Assembly: GCA_041288095.1 (NCBI GenBank)
Contig: JBGGMJ010000022.1
Coordinates: forward strand, 4,925 to 68,924
Reading direction: 5' to 3'
Length of the DNA: 64,000 bases
From: Myxococcota bacterium
GTDB taxonomy: Bacteria; Myxococcota; XYA12-FULL-58-9; JALHOP01
The translations under genes were made by a program, and so were the position numbers. The notes below the pieces were generated by a model, which did no database searches, was not told the DNA's origin, and worked only from the letters and a program-made list of their open reading frames with translations. Of this stretch, positions 49,416-60,059 are shown in pieces; position 1 is the stretch's first letter; each line of letters begins with the position of its first letter.

Positions 49416-50562
49416 CGCGCCGCTCGGCGTCTACGTTCACGTTCCGTATTGCCCCGCGGTTTGTCCGTATTGCGACTTCAACGTCGCGGTGCGCAAGGAG
49501 CCGCCGTGGGACGACTTCGTCTCCGCGGTCCGCAATGAGCTCGCGGAGCGGCGGCCGGGGTTCGACGGCCGGCTGCAATCGATTTATTTTGGCGGCGGCA
49601 CACCGTCGCTCGCGCCACCCGACACCATCGCGACGATGATTCGCGCGGTCCGCGATAGCATGCCAGGCGAGCCGCGCGAGGTTACGCTCGAGGCCAATCC
49701 CGGCACGGTGACTCGGGCGTCGCTCGAGGGTTATCGCGCCGCGGGCGTGAGTCGCGTGAGCCTCGGATGGCAGTCGACCCACGACCGTTTGCTCGCTCTC
49801 CTGGGCCGCACCCATGACGCCGCCGCCTCGCGAGCGGCCGCCGTGGCGGTACGTGAGGCGCGCTTCGACGCCATGAGCATCGATCTCATCTTCGGCGTGC
49901 CGGGGCAGACCATGGGAGATCTCGAGGTCGACCTCGACGCCGTGCTCGCCATGAGCCCGGAGCACGTGTCGCTCTATGGTCTCACCTACCACGAGGGCAC
50001 GCCGTTCTTCCGCGCCCGCGAGCGCGGCACCGTAACGCCCGTCGATGAGGCGACCGAAGCCGCGATGTTCACGCGCATCGCCGAGCGCCTCACCTTGGCG
50101 GGGTACCGGCACTACGAAGTGTCGAACTTCGCAAAGCCCGGCCACGAGGCAGTGCACAACGGCAGCTACTGGCAGGGGACGCCGTACCTAGGGTTGGGGC
50201 CGGGCGCGCACAGCTTCATGCGGGACGGCTGGAAGAGTGGGGTGCGCTGGGAAACGGTGAGGAATCCCGAGCGATATCTAGCGACTTTCAAAATAGCACG
50301 ACCGGTCGGTTTTCTCGCCGACGCCACCACGTTCCGCGAGGAGCTCGGAGCGGTGGACCTCGTGCGCGAGCGCATCCTCACGGGGCTGCGGCTCATCGAC
50401 GGTATCGACCTCGCCGCCGAGCCCTTCGCCGCTTTCGACCTTGCCGCGGGTGTCGCCGTCGCGGTCGCGCAAGGCCTCGCGCGCCGCGAAGGCTCGCGCC
50501 TCGTCCCGACCTTCGCAGGGCGTTTGCAAGCGGACACGTTGGCCGAGCTGGTAGCACCGTGA
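49402..50562 (+). CDS. hemW: Radical SAM heme chaperone HemW / oxygen-independent coproporphyrinogen-III-oxidase-like
   Basis: CxxxCxxC (CPAVCPYC), GGGTPS, HemN_C-like tail. Internal ATG at codon 21 of the listed ORF. Confidence 0.85.
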   Translation: MSEPNAPLGVYVHVPYCPAVCPYCDFNVAVRKEPPWDDFVSAVRNELAERRPGFDGRLQSIYFGGGTPSLAPPDTIATMIRAVRDSMPGEPREVTLEANPGTVTRASLEGYRAAGVSRVSLGWQSTHDRLLALLGRTHDAAASRAAAVAVREARFDAMSIDLIFGVPGQTMGDLEVDLDAVLAMSPEHVSLYGLTYHEGTPFFRARERGTVTPVDEATEAAMFTRIAERLTLAGYRHYEVSNFAKPGHEAVHNGSYWQGTPYLGLGPGAHSFMRDGWKSGVRWETVRNPERYLATFKIARPVGFLADATTFREELGAVDLVRERILTGLRLIDGIDLAAEPFAAFDLAAGVAVAVAQGLARREGSRLVPTFAGRLQADTLAELVAP

Positions 50563-50578
50563 CATAAGCGGGTCGCCC

Positions 50579-51850
50579 ATGACCGCAAGCACGCCCGGCT
50601 CACGCAGCATGCTCCTTGGCGCCTTGATCGGCGCCGTTACCGGCATCGTCGCGCACCTCCTCTGGAACGGCACCAAGGGCCTCGCCATCGCCGTCGACTA
50701 CGTGTCGGTCCCGCTCGGCCAGGCGTTTCTACGCCTGCTCTTCATGCTGGTGATGCCCATCGTCTTCGCGGCGCTGGTCATGGGTGTGTGCGAGCTCGAG
50801 CTCGGCTCACTCGCGCGCATCGCCATCAAGACCATGGTGTACACGCTCGTCGTGTCCTTCATAGCGGTCGTCATCGGGCTCACCGCGGTCAACGTCGTGC
50901 AACCTGGTCGCATCGGCTCCTACGACGTCGGCCAAGGCGCGCAAGCGAGTCCGCAACAGCAGACAGTCGAAAAATCACCCATCGAGCTGATCCTCGCCAT
51001 CATTCCGGACAACCCGATCAAGGCTGTCGCGCAAGGCGACATGCTCGCCTGGCTCACGTTCTCGCTCATCTTCGGTATCGGTCTGTCGCTTACCCGTAGC
51101 GCCGGCGCGACCTCCCTCAAGACCACCATCCAGGGCCTCTACGACGTGCTCATGCGCCTCATCAACATGGTGCTCAAGCTGGGGCCCGTAGGCGTCGGCG
51201 CGCTCATGTTCACCACCACCGCGCGCTTGGGTCCGGGGATCTTGGGCAGCGTCGGTGCCTATGCGGCGACCGTCATTGTTGCCCTCGCCATCCACATGTT
51301 CGGCATCTACCCGCTGCTCTTGTGGGTGCTCGCGCGCAAGAACCCGATCACCTTCTTCAAGCAAGCCAAGGACGCGAGTATCACCGCCTTCTCGACCGCG
51401 TCGTCAACCGCGACCTTGCCGACCGCGCTGCGCGTCGCCGAGGACGAGCTGGCGCTGCCACGCGACGTCAGCCGCTTCGTACTCACCGCCGGCGCCACCA
51501 TGAACCAGAACGGTTCCGCGCTCTTCGAGGGTGTCACGGTGCTGTTCCTCGCCCAGGTCTACGGCATCGACATGAGCATCCCGAAGCAGCTCATGGTGCT
51601 GCTCATCTGCGTGCTCGCGGGCGTCGGTACCGCCGGAGTGCCGGCCGGAACGTTGCCGGTCATCGCCATGATGATGCGCATGCTCGAGATCCCGGCGGAG
51701 GGCTTGGGGCTCATCCTCGGCGTCGACCGCTTGCTCGACATGTGCCGCACCTCGCTCAACGTCACCGGCGACCTGGTTGCGGCGGTTATCGTGGCCAAAG
51801 GCGAGGAGAAACCCCCGCCCACCACGGCACCCACTCCCTCGCGCATGTGA
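50579..51850 (+). CDS. Dicarboxylate/amino acid:cation symporter (DAACS; GltP/DctA family)
   Basis: Typical 8-TM plus hairpin architecture. Conserved NMDGTALYE-like region (TMNQNGSALFEG). Confidence 0.85.
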   Translation: MTASTPGSRSMLLGALIGAVTGIVAHLLWNGTKGLAIAVDYVSVPLGQAFLRLLFMLVMPIVFAALVMGVCELELGSLARIAIKTMVYTLVVSFIAVVIGLTAVNVVQPGRIGSYDVGQGAQASPQQQTVEKSPIELILAIIPDNPIKAVAQGDMLAWLTFSLIFGIGLSLTRSAGATSLKTTIQGLYDVLMRLINMVLKLGPVGVGALMFTTTARLGPGILGSVGAYAATVIVALAIHMFGIYPLLLWVLARKNPITFFKQAKDASITAFSTASSTATLPTALRVAEDELALPRDVSRFVLTAGATMNQNGSALFEGVTVLFLAQVYGIDMSIPKQLMVLLICVLAGVGTAGVPAGTLPVIAMMMRMLEIPAEGLGLILGVDRLLDMCRTSLNVTGDLVAAVIVAKGEEKPPPTTAPTPSRM

Positions 51851-51930
51851 GCGCGTACGCGGTGCGTCATTTTTGGCGGCCAAAAGCTTGACTTGCGATC
51901 TGTCAGGCCTGGCAGGCATAAACCGCGACC

Positions 51931-53424
51931 ATGGGTTTATGGTCGACGAAGAATATTCAGACGCTGCAGAGCGAAGCGGACTCCGAACAAGGCGGCTTGC
52001 GCCGGTCGTTGAACGCCGTGAATCTGACCTTGCTCGGCATCGGCGCCATCATCGGCGCGGGTATCTTCGTGCTCACGGGCACGGCGGCCGCGCAGCACGC
52101 GGGCCCAGGCATCGTCTTCTCGTTCATCATCGCGGGCTTGGGCTGCCTCTTCGCCGGCCTCTGCTACGCCGAGTTTGCCTCGATGATCCCAATCGCCGGC
52201 AGCGCTTACACCTACGGCTACGCGACCCTCGGTGAGCTCATCGCCTGGATCATAGGCTGGGATCTCATCCTCGAATACCTCTTCGCGGCGTCCACCGTAG
52301 CGGTCGGTTGGTCCGGCTACTTCGTGGCGTTCTTGCGCGACTACCTGGGTATCAACCTGCCGCCGGCGCTCACCAACGCACCACTCGGCATCGGCGCGGG
52401 CGACCACATTCCGCACGCCACCGGCGCTATCATCAACTTGCCGGCGGTGCTGCTCTGCCTCGTCATCACCGCGCTCCTGGTGGTCGGCATCCGCGAGTCC
52501 GCTCGCTTCAACAACATCATCGTCTTCGTGAAGGTGGCCATCGTCCTCGCGGTCATCATCTGCGGCGCGGCTTACGTGAACGTCGATAACTGGACGCCGT
52601 TCATCCCCGAGAACACCGGTACGTTCGGGGTCTACGGCTGGAGCGGCGTGCTCGCCGGCGCCGGCACCATCTTCTTCGCCTACATCGGCTTCGACGCGGT
52701 CAGCACCGCCGCGCAGGAGTGCAAAAACCCGCAGCGCGATCTGCCCATCGGCATCATCGCCTCGCTCGTCGTTTGCACCGTCCTCTACATCGCCATGGCG
52801 CTCGTCATGACCGGCATCGCCCACTACAAAGAGCTCGACGTGCCGGAGCCGGTCTATGTCGCCATCTCCAAGGCTGGTGAAGGTCTGCACTGGCTCAAGC
52901 CCATCGTCAGCTTGGGGGCCATCGCCGGCTTGTCCTCGGTCGTGCTCGTCATGCTCATGGGCCAGCCGCGCATCTTCTTCGCCATGTCACGCGACGGCTT
53001 GTTGCCGCCCGTGTTCTCGAAGGTTCACGAGAAGTTCCGCACCCCGCACCTCGCGACCATCATCACGGGCACGGTGGCGGCGGTGATCGCCGGTGTCTTC
53101 CCGATCGGCCTCTTGGGGCACCTGGTGTCGATCGGTACGCTGTTCGCGTTCGTCATCGTCTGCGCCGGTATCCTGGTGCTCCGCAAGCGTCGCCCCGACA
53201 TCACACGGCCATTCAAGACGCCGCTGGTGCCGCTGGTGCCGATCCTCGGCATCATTTGCTGCCTGGGCCTGATGGCGGGCCTCGGTATCGACACCTGGAT
53301 CCGGCTCGCGGTCTGGATGGGCATCGGCCTCGCCATCTACTTCGGCTACGGCAAGCGCAACTCGCGACTGGCCCGCGAAGAGAGCGCGACACCGGGCGGC
53401 ACAGCGCCACAACGCGCCGTTTAA
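51931..53424 (+). CDS. APC-superfamily amino acid permease
   Basis: 12 predicted TMs. GAGIFVLTG consensus of amino-acid/cationic amino-acid transporters. Confidence 0.85.
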   Translation: MGLWSTKNIQTLQSEADSEQGGLRRSLNAVNLTLLGIGAIIGAGIFVLTGTAAAQHAGPGIVFSFIIAGLGCLFAGLCYAEFASMIPIAGSAYTYGYATLGELIAWIIGWDLILEYLFAASTVAVGWSGYFVAFLRDYLGINLPPALTNAPLGIGAGDHIPHATGAIINLPAVLLCLVITALLVVGIRESARFNNIIVFVKVAIVLAVIICGAAYVNVDNWTPFIPENTGTFGVYGWSGVLAGAGTIFFAYIGFDAVSTAAQECKNPQRDLPIGIIASLVVCTVLYIAMALVMTGIAHYKELDVPEPVYVAISKAGEGLHWLKPIVSLGAIAGLSSVVLVMLMGQPRIFFAMSRDGLLPPVFSKVHEKFRTPHLATIITGTVAAVIAGVFPIGLLGHLVSIGTLFAFVIVCAGILVLRKRRPDITRPFKTPLVPLVPILGIICCLGLMAGLGIDTWIRLAVWMGIGLAIYFGYGKRNSRLAREESATPGGTAPQRAV

Positions 53425-53436
53425 GCGGACACGTCC

Positions 53437-55140
53437 ATGAACATTCGCGCGCTCGGCCTGCTGGCGCTGGTCTTCGCCTCACTCTTTTCGCTGCCCGCCC
53501 AGGCTACGCCACGCTGGTGGGAAGGCGCGGTGATCTACGAGATCTATCCGCGCAGCTTCCAGGACTCGGACGGTGACGGTGTCGGCGACCTGTCCGGGAT
53601 CATCTCGCGGCTCGACTACCTCAAGACGCTCGGCGTCGACGCCATCTGGCTCACGCCCATCTACCCGTCACCGCAGGTCGACTTCGGCTACGATGTCGCC
53701 GACTACACCAACATCGATCCCCAGTTCGGGACCCTGAAGGATTTCGACCGCCTGGTGGCCGAGGCCAAGAAGCGCGGCATCCGCGTCCTCATGGACATGG
53801 TGCTGAACCACACGTCGGACAAGCACGCGTGGTTTCTCGAGTCGATGTCCAGCAAGGACAACCCGAAGCGCAACTGGTACGTCTGGAATAGCGGACGAGC
53901 AGGCAAGGACGGCAAGCGCTTCCCGCCGAACAACTGGCAGAGCCTCTTCGGCCACTCGGCGTGGACGCCGGCGGGCGCGACCTCTGACCTCTACTATCAC
54001 TTCTTCTACAAGCAGCAGCCCGACCTCAACTGGCGCAACCCCGAGGTCGAGAAGGCGATGTTCGACGCGGTTCGGTTCTGGCTCGATCGTGGGGCCGCTG
54101 GTTACCGCTTCGACGCCATCGATACCTTGTTCGAGGTCACCGACCTGCACGACGCCAAGGAAGGCCCGGGCTTGAACGCCTACGGTGACCCGGCGCCCGA
54201 CTTCACTCTCCAGTCCAAGCAGCCCGAGGTGCACGATGTCATGCGCCGTCTCCGGGCCCTGGCGGACGGCTATGCGGGTGACCGCTTGTTCCTGGGCGAG
54301 GTCTACACCAAGAGCACCTCGGAGCTCGTGAGCTGGTACGGCGCCAAGAACGACGAGCTGCACTTGACGATGGACATGGAGCTGTTGCCGCTCGACGTCG
54401 ACGCCGCCAGCTTCCGCAAGGCGCTGGAGGCCGCGCAGACGCAATTGGGCGGGAACATGCCGCTCTTCGTCACCGACAACCACGATCAGCCGCGCAGCTG
54501 GGACCGCTACGGTGACGGTGCCAACAACGTCGCCATCGCTCGCGCGGTCGCCACCATGCTGCTAGGGACGCGCTCGTCGGTGCTCCTCTATTACGGGCAA
54601 GAGATCGGCATGGTCACGACGGCCCCGACCCGCGTCGAGGACGTGAAGGACCCGATCGGCATCACCGGCTGGCCCAAGGAGAAGGGGCGCGACGGCGAGC
54701 GCACGCCGATGCAGTGGGACGCCACCAAGAGCTCAGGGTTCACCAAGGGCACGCCCTGGCTGCCCGTGCCGCCGTCCGCCGCCACGGTCAACGTCGAGGC
54801 GCAACGCAAGGACCAAGAATCGCTGCTTGGCTGGTACAAGAAGCTCATCGCCATGCGGCGCACCAACCCCGCCGTCCGCGATGGCGTTACGACCTTTCTC
54901 GATCGCGACTCCCAGCACGCGGTCGTCTGGTTGCGCGCCGCGAAGAACGGAGCGCCCGTGGTCTTCGCGGTGAACTTGAAGGCCGAGCCAGTTACCTTGT
55001 CCGTTGCGGCGGACGTTGCCCAGGGTCGCGTGAAGGGTTTGAAGCCGCTCTTGGTAAGCCACCAGGCCTTGAAATCAGCCACGCCCGATGCGATTTCGCT
55101 GCCGCCGTTCGGCGTGTACATCGGCCAAATTCAGCGCTAG
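53437..55140 (+). CDS. Secreted GH13 alpha-glucosidase / oligo-1,6-glucosidase-family enzyme
   Basis: Signal peptide. WWEGAVIYEIYPRSF, DSDGDGVGDL, GVDAIWLTPIY, LMDMVLNHTSD and GYRFDAI catalytic regions. Confidence 0.85.
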   Translation: MNIRALGLLALVFASLFSLPAQATPRWWEGAVIYEIYPRSFQDSDGDGVGDLSGIISRLDYLKTLGVDAIWLTPIYPSPQVDFGYDVADYTNIDPQFGTLKDFDRLVAEAKKRGIRVLMDMVLNHTSDKHAWFLESMSSKDNPKRNWYVWNSGRAGKDGKRFPPNNWQSLFGHSAWTPAGATSDLYYHFFYKQQPDLNWRNPEVEKAMFDAVRFWLDRGAAGYRFDAIDTLFEVTDLHDAKEGPGLNAYGDPAPDFTLQSKQPEVHDVMRRLRALADGYAGDRLFLGEVYTKSTSELVSWYGAKNDELHLTMDMELLPLDVDAASFRKALEAAQTQLGGNMPLFVTDNHDQPRSWDRYGDGANNVAIARAVATMLLGTRSSVLLYYGQEIGMVTTAPTRVEDVKDPIGITGWPKEKGRDGERTPMQWDATKSSGFTKGTPWLPVPPSAATVNVEAQRKDQESLLGWYKKLIAMRRTNPAVRDGVTTFLDRDSQHAVVWLRAAKNGAPVVFAVNLKAEPVTLSVAADVAQGRVKGLKPLLVSHQALKSATPDAISLPPFGVYIGQIQR

Positions 55141-55164
55141 AGAGCGCCCGCAGAGGAGACCGCC

Positions 55165-56325
55165 ATGAGTGAGATTCAAAGCCAGCCCCAGGCCCCGAAG
55201 CCGAAGAAGTCCGTCGCCTTGTCCGGTGTCGTCGCCGGTAACACCGCGCTCTGCACGGTAGGCCGCAGCGGTAACGATCTGCACTATCGCGGCTACGACA
55301 TCCTCGACGTCGCCGACCGCTGCCAGTTCGAAGAGGTCGCCTACTTGCTGGTGCACGGCAAGCTGCCGACCAACGCGGAGCTCACCGGCTACAAGGCGAA
55401 GCTCAAGGCACTGCGCGGCATTCCCGCACAGGTGAAGGCCGCGCTCGAGTCCCTGCCGGCGTCGAGCCATCCCATGGACGTCATGCGCACCGGGGTCTCC
55501 GCGCTTGGCTGCTCGCTTCCCGAAAAAGACGACCACAACCACGCGGGTGCCCGCGACATCGCCGACCGCTTGATGGCGTCGCTCGGCTCGATGCTCCTCT
55601 ATTGGTACCACTGGGCTTTCAACGGCCGGCGCATCGAGGTCGAGACCGACGATGATTCCATCGGTGGACACTTCCTGCACCTGTTGCACGGCACCGCCCC
55701 CAAGAAGTCGTGGGTCGACGCCATGCACGTGTCGCTCGTCCTCTATGCCGAGCACGAGTTCAACGCGTCGACCTTCGCGTCACGCGTCATTGCGGGCACC
55801 GGCTCCGACATCTACTCGTGCATCACCGGCGGCATCGGTGCCTTGCGCGGGCCGAAGCACGGCGGCGCCAACGAAGTCGCCTTCGACATCCAGAAGCGTT
55901 ACGAGACTCCCGACGAGGCCGAGAAGGACATCGTCGAGCGCGTCGCCCGCAAAGAGGTCGTCATCGGCTTTGGTCACCCCGTCTACACGGTCAGCGACCC
56001 GCGTAACAAAGTGATCAAGGAAGTCGCCCGCCGCCTCTCGAAAGAGGCAGGCAGCACGAAGATGTTCGACATCGCCGAGCGCCTCGAGGCAGTGATGTGG
56101 CGCGAGAAGAAGATGTTCCCGAACCTCGATTGGTTCAGCGCCGTCAGCTACCACGTCATGGGCGTACCAACGACGTTCTTCACGCCGCTGTTCGTCATCT
56201 CGCGCACGAGTGGCTGGAGCGCGCACGTCATCGAGCAACGCATCGACGGGAAGATCATCAGGCCGACAGCGAACTACACGGGGCCGGAAGATCGGAAATA
56301 CGTGCCAATCGAGCAGAGGCAGTAG
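55165..56325 (+). CDS. Citrate synthase / 2-methylcitrate synthase (short type)
   Basis: GFGHPVY, catalytic His/Asp regions, ~386 aa. Confidence 0.85.
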   Translation: MSEIQSQPQAPKPKKSVALSGVVAGNTALCTVGRSGNDLHYRGYDILDVADRCQFEEVAYLLVHGKLPTNAELTGYKAKLKALRGIPAQVKAALESLPASSHPMDVMRTGVSALGCSLPEKDDHNHAGARDIADRLMASLGSMLLYWYHWAFNGRRIEVETDDDSIGGHFLHLLHGTAPKKSWVDAMHVSLVLYAEHEFNASTFASRVIAGTGSDIYSCITGGIGALRGPKHGGANEVAFDIQKRYETPDEAEKDIVERVARKEVVIGFGHPVYTVSDPRNKVIKEVARRLSKEAGSTKMFDIAERLEAVMWREKKMFPNLDWFSAVSYHVMGVPTTFFTPLFVISRTSGWSAHVIEQRIDGKIIRPTANYTGPEDRKYVPIEQRQ

Positions 56326-56366
56326 CGCTTTTTGCCGATTGCCGATCTCCGAGCGGCCATCACCGA

Positions 56367-57635
56367 TCAGCTCTTCGGATCGAGGATCCGCCCCACGAAC
56401 AGCGCCTCGCCGTTCCTGGTGTCGCGGATCACCACCATGAACGGGTGATCGGCGCGGAACTTCACCGGCTCGTCGGTCGGCCGGGCGGCTCCAGCCTCCA
56501 TCATGACCGCTGTAGCGGCCGCCGCTTCGGTGCCTTTCTCGTCGACCGCGACGAAGGCCTGGTGCATGACCTTCGAGATGAAGAGCTCGTGGGTGCCGTC
56601 CATGCCCGAGAAGTCCGCGTCCGGGTATTTGAAGGCCCGCTTCATGCCCATGGCCTCGAGCACCTTCGCGAGCTCGAGTGACACCTTGGTCTTGAACGAG
56701 GGCATGGCGACATCGACGCGCCGGTGCTCGAGCCTCGCGAGCCAACCGTCGAAAGCCCCCGCGGCGAAGCGCTTCTCGACCTCGGCAAGCCCATCGCGCG
56801 CCGTGGGCAAGACGATGTCCATGGCGAGGGCGCCCTCACCATAGGGCATTTCGAGCATCAAGCCGTTGTCGATGCGGGCGACGCGAAAGCGGTCGAGCTG
56901 GTGCATCATCGGGACCTGCTTCGATCCGTCGGGAGCATGGAAAGCCTCCGGTCTCGTGGCCTGCGTTTCGAATTGCTTCGACCACTGGCCCTTGAAGTAC
57001 ACGGCGTTGGTGATCACGAGCTTGGTATCGGCGGGAATGGTGCCCGCGGGGATGAGCTCTTCGATCTTCTTCTCCGTCTGGTCACTCACCCACTTGTTGA
57101 TGGCGACGCGGCTCGGCTCGACGGCACTCTTGAAATCGAGGGTCTCGAGCGGTGCGCCGTAGCGGTCCGTCAAGTTCGTCAAGAACGCCTCGTTGAAGGT
57201 GCGTCCCTTCTGACCCCAGAGGCGGTTCACCACTCGCAAGACGATGCGGCGTCGCTCGAGCTCCGCTTCGGCGTACTTTTGCGTCTGCGGATCGTTCGAC
57301 TGTGTCGCCCAGCTCGGCATTTGCGGGTCGGCGAGGGCCTTCCAGTCGGCGCGGAGCTTGGCGATGCCCGCCGCGGGATCGTCGCCCAAGCCGAGCACCT
57401 TCTTCATCTCGTCGGCGGTCTCGCCCACGGCACCGGCCTGCGCCATGGCCATCGCCATGCGGATGCTGGTCGGCGAGTAGAAGAGGTTACCCTTCTTGGT
57501 CATGAGCTCGCCGTGCAGGCGCGCGGTGAAATCGACTTTGTCGGGTGCCGAAGGCAACGCTGCTTTCTCGCGGGGTGCCGCCGAGGCGGTCGAATGGCCG
57601 AGCAGCAGCAAGATCGCCGAAAGCAGTCGTCGCAT
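56367..57635 (-). CDS. Secreted serpin-family serine protease inhibitor
   Basis: Signal peptide. Serpin core motifs (NAVYFKGQW, hinge GTEAAAATAV, C-terminal FMVVIRD...ALFVGR). Confidence 0.85.
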   Translation of the reverse strand: MRRLLSAILLLLGHSTASAAPREKAALPSAPDKVDFTARLHGELMTKKGNLFYSPTSIRMAMAMAQAGAVGETADEMKKVLGLGDDPAAGIAKLRADWKALADPQMPSWATQSNDPQTQKYAEAELERRRIVLRVVNRLWGQKGRTFNEAFLTNLTDRYGAPLETLDFKSAVEPSRVAINKWVSDQTEKKIEELIPAGTIPADTKLVITNAVYFKGQWSKQFETQATRPEAFHAPDGSKQVPMMHQLDRFRVARIDNGLMLEMPYGEGALAMDIVLPTARDGLAEVEKRFAAGAFDGWLARLEHRRVDVAMPSFKTKVSLELAKVLEAMGMKRAFKYPDADFSGMDGTHELFISKVMHQAFVAVDEKGTEAAAATAVMMEAGAARPTDEPVKFRADHPFMVVIRDTRNGEALFVGRILDPKS

Positions 57636-57724
57636 GCCGCGACGCTACCTCAAGGCATCGGGCCGTTACAGCGTGGCCCGCGTCGCCAGGTGGCACTCTC
57701 CGTATGATCGGCTAAAGAGGAGCC

Positions 57725-58384
57725 TTGGCCAGCGAGTTCCTCACGCGTGACGACGCTTTGCCGCCCGAGACGCTCGTGGCGATGCGAGCCTGGCTGGCCG
57801 GGAGCGATCTGGTGGGCGCGAGCCCCTTGAAGGGCACCTTCCGAGCGAGCCGCGGCTTTGCCATCACCTTTACGCGTGCGGGTATCGGCGAGCTCGAAAG
57901 GCGGTTCCCCGCGCTTCGACCTTTCGTCGACACCGGCGTGCTGGCGCGCCCATGGCGAGCGCTCCATGGCCCCCTCGGCTGGTTGCGCGAGACCCGCGCC
58001 TTCTACCTCAATGTCTTGGTCGTGCCCGCTGGAGCGAACGTCGCGCGCCATGTCGATGCCACCCTCGGCCCGCGGCTCGGCGCCGCCACCCTGACGCCGC
58101 TCGCGGTCAGCGTCCTCTACCTCGACACGCCGCCGGGTGGCTTCCTGCGCTTGTGGCGGGGCAAGGACCAGGTCGCCGAGCTCGTTCCCAAGCCTGGACG
58201 TTTCGTCTGCTTTCGCGGAGACCTCGCGCACGAGGTCGCGGTCGTCGAAGGCGAAGGTGAGCGCCTGAGCATCGTCTGCGAACAGTACGGCTGCTCGCGC
58301 CGCGAGGCCGCGCGCGTCCCACCCTTCGAGGTGAATTCGCACGGCCGCTTCGGACGCGTGCTCGAGCGCATCGCCGCCAAGTAG
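57725..58384 (+). CDS. Hypothetical protein, possibly 2OG-Fe(II)-oxygenase-like
   Basis: HVDA...H spacing is compatible with an HxD...H facial triad. Weak evidence. Confidence 0.45.
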   Translation: MASEFLTRDDALPPETLVAMRAWLAGSDLVGASPLKGTFRASRGFAITFTRAGIGELERRFPALRPFVDTGVLARPWRALHGPLGWLRETRAFYLNVLVVPAGANVARHVDATLGPRLGAATLTPLAVSVLYLDTPPGGFLRLWRGKDQVAELVPKPGRFVCFRGDLAHEVAVVEGEGERLSIVCEQYGCSRREAARVPPFEVNSHGRFGRVLERIAAK

Positions 58385-58389
58385 CCGAG

Positions 58390-58635
58390 CTATTTCTGGT
58401 ACTTCGATTTCCACTCGGCGTACGGCATGCCGTAGATGGTGGCGCGTGCTTCTTCGTCGGGCATGGCGATGCCCTGCGCCTCCGCGGCCTCGCGATACCA
58501 GCGTGACAAGCAGTTGCGGCAGAAGCCGGCGAGATCCATGAGCGCGAGGTTCTGTACGTCGGTGCGCTCGCGCAGGTGCTCGACCAGTCGGCGGAAGGCG
58601 GCGGCTTCGAGCTCGGTGCGGGTACGGTCATCCAT
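58390..58635 (-). CDS. Small conserved protein (DUF1244-like, CxxC)
   Basis: 81 aa. LMDLAGFCRNCLSRWY motif that I recall as DUF1244-like. Confidence 0.55.
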   Translation of the reverse strand: MDDRTRTELEAAAFRRLVEHLRERTDVQNLALMDLAGFCRNCLSRWYREAAEAQGIAMPDEEARATIYGMPYAEWKSKYQK

Positions 58636-58653
58636 GGTGGGAGTCCTCGCGGG

Positions 58654-59280
58654 TCAAGCGGAGCCCGTCAAGCCCGCGGCCATCGAAACGCGGCGTGTCG
58701 CAACACCCGCGAAGGCGCCACCCACGAGGCGCTCGTCGTGCGTCACGTGAATCAAGGTGAAGCGTCGCGCGTGGTACTGCGCTTCGAGCAAAGTCAGGGC
58801 GGCGGCGCGGCTCGCGTCGTCGAGCGAGGCGAAGGGCTCGTCGAGCAACAAGATGTCGGGCTCGGTGGCCAGGGCACGCGCCAGCGCGACGCGGCTCTGC
58901 TCACCGCGCGACAGGGTCGGAGTCCGACGCCCGAGCAGATGCTCGATGCCGCAGGCGGCCGCTATCGCTGTCGGGTCGAAGGTCTTTTCACGCGCGTATG
59001 TGACGTTATCGCGGACGCCCAGGTGCCCGAAAAGGCCGAGTGATTGAGGCACCCAGGCGCAGCGCCGCTCGTGCGTCGGGACCTTCGCGACATCGACCTC
59101 GCGCAAGATGACTCGTCCCGTGTCGACGCGCCGCAAGCCCACGATGGTTTCGAGGAGCAGGCTCTTGCCGGCACCGGAAGGCCCTGTGAGCAAAATGTGC
59201 TCGCCAGCCGCGACCTCGAGGTCGACGGGCCCGAGGTGGAATTCGCCGGCGGTGACGCGCAGGCCTTCGAGGCGGATCAT
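58654..59280 (-). CDS. modC: Molybdate/tungstate-type ABC transporter ATP-binding protein (short, no C-terminal TOBE domain)
   Basis: Walker A GPSGAGKS, signature LSRGEQSRVALARAL, Walker B ILLLDEP. 208 aa. ATG overlaps the modB stop. Confidence 0.8.
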   Translation of the reverse strand: MIRLEGLRVTAGEFHLGPVDLEVAAGEHILLTGPSGAGKSLLLETIVGLRRVDTGRVILREVDVAKVPTHERRCAWVPQSLGLFGHLGVRDNVTYAREKTFDPTAIAAACGIEHLLGRRTPTLSRGEQSRVALARALATEPDILLLDEPFASLDDASRAAALTLLEAQYHARRFTLIHVTHDERLVGGAFAGVATRRVSMAAGLTGSA

Positions 59281-60059
59281 CGCTCGAGCTCCTGCACGCG
59301 GGGTTCGCCACGCGCGAGCCAGCGTAGGGCCAAGAACACCGCAAGACAGGTGAGCATCAGCAAGCTCGCGGGCGCCAAAGCGGCGCCCATGCCGTGTGAG
59401 CTGAAGCGATCCCAGATGAGCACCGGCGCGGTGCGCGGGTAGTAGGCGAAGACGACGACCGAGCCGAACTCGCTGACGGCTCGCGCCCACGCAAGCACGG
59501 CACCGGCGCGGATCTGCGGCCAAGCAAGGGGCAGCTCGATGGTGAGGAAGCGCCGCCATGGCGGAGCTCCCAGAGTGGCCGCCACGTTCACGGTGCTCAT
59601 GGGTACCGCGCGGAAGCCCTCGAGCGCGGCCTTGACCACGAAAGGCGCGGACACCACCAACATGCACAAGACGATGCCGGGCGCGGCGGAGGCGATGGCG
59701 ACACCGAAGCGACCTTCGAGCGCCGCGCCGAGCAAACGACCGCGCGCCAACACGAGCAGCAAGCCGATGCCGATGATCGGATGGGGGACGACGACCGGTA
59801 GGTCGAGCAATGCCTCGATGGCGCCACGTCCGCGTACGAGCCGGCGCGCCAACACGTAGCCGGCGGCACCGCCGAGCACCAGCGCGAGCATCGTGGCGAT
59901 GGCGGCGCAAGCGAGGCTCGTCGCCACCGCCAAGACCACGTCAGCGTCCGTCGCGGCGGAGAGAACGTCCGCCGGTGAGGCGCCGAAGAGCAGCGCCGCG
60001 AGCGGAGTCAAGGTGAGCAGGGCCAGCGTCGCGGCGAGCAGCAGGAACAAGCGGTTCAC
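59277..60059 (-). CDS. modB: Molybdate ABC transporter permease
   Basis: CysTW/ModB-type EAA region. 260 aa. GTG overlaps the modA stop. Confidence 0.8.
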   Translation of the reverse strand: MNRLFLLLAATLALLTLTPLAALLFGASPADVLSAATDADVVLAVATSLACAAIATMLALVLGGAAGYVLARRLVRGRGAIEALLDLPVVVPHPIIGIGLLLVLARGRLLGAALEGRFGVAIASAAPGIVLCMLVVSAPFVVKAALEGFRAVPMSTVNVAATLGAPPWRRFLTIELPLAWPQIRAGAVLAWARAVSEFGSVVVFAYYPRTAPVLIWDRFSSHGMGAALAPASLLMLTCLAVFLALRWLARGEPRVQELER

